Positions 61,232 to 64,000 of a stretch of 64,000 nt of DNA are shown here, one piece after another. The stretch is taken from assembly GCA_028826165.1 (NCBI GenBank), contig JAPDFW010000092.1:1-64000 (forward strand). Reading direction: 5' to 3'. Under the pieces are notes generated by a model that saw only the letters and a list, made by a program, of their open reading frames with translations, was not told the origin of the DNA and ran no database searches. Numbering within the stretch: position 1 is the stretch's first letter; every line of letters starts with the position of its first letter. The position numbers were made by a program, and so were the translations under genes. Source of the DNA: Anaeramoeba ignava BMAN (Eukaryota > Protista > Anaeramoebae).

Positions 61232-64000
61232 ATGAATTTAAATTTATCAAAAGAACAAATCCAAAATTTAATTTCTTATGATTTTGGTGATAAGATTTCA
61301 TTTCAAAGTTCATTTTTTGGAGAAAAAATAAAAGGAAATATTGCAATTTGTTTAATTTCTTTGGAAAATTTACAACAAATTTCAGGAAAGCAAATCAAAG
61401 AATTAATAACATTTCAAGAAAAAATGGCACACAAAAAAAATTATGAACAAATTTTCAAAGTTTTAATCCAAATATTTCCAAAAGATTCAAAAAAATTTTT
61501 AGAAGAAAATTTATTTTACAAGAAAAAAGAACAATTCAAATTAATGAGCAAATTTGAACTGGCAAAAAAATATGATAAAAATCACAATAAAGTTTTGGAA
61601 AGGATTCCTGATGAGTCAAAAAATCCAACAAAAAGCGAAGTTGATTCATCAGTTGATTTAGATGGAGGAAAAAATGGGGCAAAAGATCAACAAAATATTA
61701 AGGAAATAATTGAGGAAATTTTTGAAAAATTAAGAAAGCACAAGGGAATATTAACAAGTGATTTGATAATTGAGAAGGAAAAGGCAGTTTATGCCATATT
61801 CCCTTTTGTTCATCATTCGCTAAAGAATCTAATGCAATTCAGCCAATTAATGATAAAATCGGCTGAGAAAAAAATGTTTATTGTGTACCAAATGCTCAAG
61901 GCAATCCATTTTCTTCACAAAAAGGGAATGATACATGGCCGCATCACTCCTTCGAATTTCCTTATATCCTCAGAACCAGATTTGTGGCTACAAGTAACAG
62001 GATTCAATTTTATAACAGCAGATGAATACTACCTTTATAATCACAAATCTATTTTTGAAAAATGGAATCATCGAGAAATGTCAAATTTCGAATACATATT
62101 GCATTTGAATTATTTTGCAGGAAAGCAATTGGGCGATCCAAACAATCATCCCATTATTCCCTGGGTGATTAATTTCGAAGAAGACCCAAGAATATTTCTT
62201 CGATATTTAGCGAATCCTTCTGATTTTTCTGAGAAGGATATGGATTCTGTTGAAAAGTCAAAGTTCTCGTTTCGAGACATGAATTACAACCAGATTAGAA
62301 TTAGTAAAGGAGACGAAACAATGAAACAACTATTCAAATCACAAAAATATCACTTATCAGAACCTCTATCTGAAGTTTCATATTTCGTGTATTTTGCACG
62401 CAGAACACCTGTTGATATTTTGAAGAGATATGTCAGAGCAAATTATAATCCAAAAGAATTTCCAAAAACACTTTTAAGACTTTATAAATGGACTCCTGAC
62501 GAATCAATTCCTGAATTTTATACAGATCCTTTAATTTTCAAATCAATTCATGAAAATATGAATGATTTAGAACTCCCAGATTGGGCGAATAATCCTGAAG
62601 ATTTTTGCAAGATTCACAGAGAGGTTCTTGAAAGTGATTATGTTTCAAACAATATCCATAATTGGTTTGATTTAGTTTTCGGATATAAATTGAAAGGAGA
62701 AGCAGGATTCAAATCAAAAAACATTTCAAAAATGCAATTTGAAAGGCTTAAAACAAATGGATTTATTCAATTATTTGATACTCCTCATCCTCCAAGAAAT
62801 GAGTTGAAAAGTGTTCAATTATTACGAAAAGAACAAGACAAAAAAATTCTTAAACAAAAAAAGATTGAGTTGGAGAAGATCAGAAATCAAAATCGAAAAA
62901 ATAAGCAAAAAAGAAAATTCAGAAATCAAAACCAAAACCAAAATCAAAACGAAAATCAAAACGAAATTTATTGCAAAAACCAAATACAAATTCAAAATGA
63001 AATAAGAAAATATTATCAAAATCTTTCATATTTAAATTCAAAAAAAGTTCACAAAAAATATTTCTTAAATCCAGAATACTCTCGATTACTAAACTCTGAT
63101 CCTTTTGATATTTCATCTTTTTCTAATGAAAATGAAAAAAATCAAAATGAAAAAAATCAAAATGAAAAAGATCAATATCAATATCAATATCACAAAGACA
63201 ATATATCTGTAGAATTTGAAAAATTATCAAGGATTGAATTCTGTAAATCATTATTATCTAATTTTGGAGATCTTTCTGTCACATATAATGAAAAAATATT
63301 TAAAAGAAAAACAGAAATGAAAGAAAAAGAAAAAGAAAAAGAAAAAGAAATTGATTTAAATTCAGATTCAGAATTGGATTTGGAAGCTATTCAAAAAAGG
63401 ATATTTCAAAAACAAAAATCTTATGATCTTTTTTCGATTGGATGTATTTTCACTGAAATTTTTATTGGAAATCCTTTATTAACCAAAAACAAACTCCATC
63501 AAAAAAAACTCAATAAGAAAGCACTTAAACAGTCTATATGCAAATTATCTGATGGATTACAAACAACAATTGACAATATTTTGAACGTTAATTGGATCAA
63601 AAGATCATCAATCAAAGAAATTTTGGAATCTGATATTTTTCCAAGCTATTTTAAATGGATTTATGGATTTTTTTGCAAAATGAAATGGATTTATAGCACT
63701 TCATCAAAATTAAATTTTGTGATGGAAAATTTGGAAGAAATATTCAATTTACCTGATTCTGGGTTGAAAATACTATTACCGACATTATTGAAATTTGTTA
63801 TTAATAAAGGAACACAAGAGAATTCTGTGCCTCTTCTTCAAATTTTGATGAAAAGACTTGAAAAGAAAAAAGCAAAGAAACACTTGTTAGTTTCTGTGAA
63901 ATTTCTTCTGCAAAAAAAGGAGCCACTAAGTCTCATCCAAAAAATTCTCGAAATTAATTTTCTTAAAACAATCATCACTTGTTTTGGAATGACTTTTTTC
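61232..64000 (+). CDS. WDR81: WDR81/LvsG/GFS12-like pseudokinase-BEACH protein (runs off the window end)
   Basis: Open frame from ATG 61232: FIVYQMLKAIHFLHKKGMIHGRITPSNF (kinase-like); KWNHREMSNFEYILHLNYFAG...DPNNHPIIPWVINF; YHLSEPLSEVSYFVYFARRTP; LYKWTPDESIPEFYTDP; HREVLESDYVSNNIHNWFDLVFGYKL. Absent from the ORF track because no stop lies in the window. Confidence 0.9.
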   Translation, partial: MNLNLSKEQIQNLISYDFGDKISFQSSFFGEKIKGNIAICLISLENLQQISGKQIKELITFQEKMAHKKNYEQIFKVLIQIFPKDSKKFLEENLFYKKKEQFKLMSKFELAKKYDKNHNKVLERIPDESKNPTKSEVDSSVDLDGGKNGAKDQQNIKEIIEEIFEKLRKHKGILTSDLIIEKEKAVYAIFPFVHHSLKNLMQFSQLMIKSAEKKMFIVYQMLKAIHFLHKKGMIHGRITPSNFLISSEPDLWLQVTGFNFITADEYYLYNHKSIFEKWNHREMSNFEYILHLNYFAGKQLGDPNNHPIIPWVINFEEDPRIFLRYLANPSDFSEKDMDSVEKSKFSFRDMNYNQIRISKGDETMKQLFKSQKYHLSEPLSEVSYFVYFARRTPVDILKRYVRANYNPKEFPKTLLRLYKWTPDESIPEFYTDPLIFKSIHENMNDLELPDWANNPEDFCKIHREVLESDYVSNNIHNWFDLVFGYKLKGEAGFKSKNISKMQFERLKTNGFIQLFDTPHPPRNELKSVQLLRKEQDKKILKQKKIELEKIRNQNRKNKQKRKFRNQNQNQNQNENQNEIYCKNQIQIQNEIRKYYQNLSYLNSKKVHKKYFLNPEYSRLLNSDPFDISSFSNENEKNQNEKNQNEKDQYQYQYHKDNISVEFEKLSRIEFCKSLLSNFGDLSVTYNEKIFKRKTEMKEKEKEKEKEIDLNSDSELDLEAIQKRIFQKQKSYDLFSIGCIFTEIFIGNPLLTKNKLHQKKLNKKALKQSICKLSDGLQTTIDNILNVNWIKRSSIKEILESDIFPSYFKWIYGFFCKMKWIYSTSSKLNFVMENLEEIFNLPDSGLKILLPTLLKFVINKGTQENSVPLLQILMKRLEKKKAKKHLLVSVKFLLQKKEPLSLIQKILEINFLKTIITCFGMTFF

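Noticed and set aside
26391-62240. Other ATATCCT-like matches (about 26392, 34609, 61964, 62235) as U12 donors
   Set aside because: They lie on the non-coding strand or inside uninterrupted open frames, with no matching branch site or AC acceptor seen.
1-64000. tRNA/rRNA genes, transposases, reverse transcriptases
   Set aside because: None recognisable by eye; a tRNAscan-SE/Infernal run would be needed to exclude small RNAs.

Overview
Extremely AT-rich, gene-dense eukaryotic DNA with spliceosomal introns. The RCC1-BTB and BTB-TLDc expansions, EN/QN/SK low-complexity tracts and a TCATTTT initiator-like motif suggest an Anaeramoeba-like anaerobic metamonad; this is an inference. About 19 genes were reconstructed by hand, most of them multi-exon and several missed or fragmented by the ORF track. 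They are: Tctex-1 dynein light chain, lipoate-protein ligase A with a putative organellar presequence, a 75-aa coiled-coil ORF, two RCC1-BTB paralogues plus a 3' fragment, BTB-TLDc, a cAR/GCR1-like GPCR, TBC1D23, RPL27A, an EDC4 C-terminal-domain protein, an SLC35F-like transporter, two hypothetical membrane proteins, a ScaA-like scaffold, a ~3000-aa CH + multi-PH-like protein, a 56-aa membrane microprotein, an SNX9-like SH3-PX-BAR protein, an LRR + 9xSCP2 protein and a WDR81-like BEACH protein. Top findings: (1) an AT-AC U12-type (minor spliceosome) intron in the unannotated microprotein gene (47789-48831, minus strand); (2) the LRR-SCP2 array ending in a FAM21-like LFa motif; (3) loop-focused hypervariability between the RCC1-BTB paralogues; (4) a minisatellite-flanked BTB-TLDc cassette inside the RCC1-BTB array; (5) long introns filled by simple satellites. 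Several frameshifts and two garbled 'ghost' duplications are probably assembly artefacts. All family calls come from motif recognition, not database searches.
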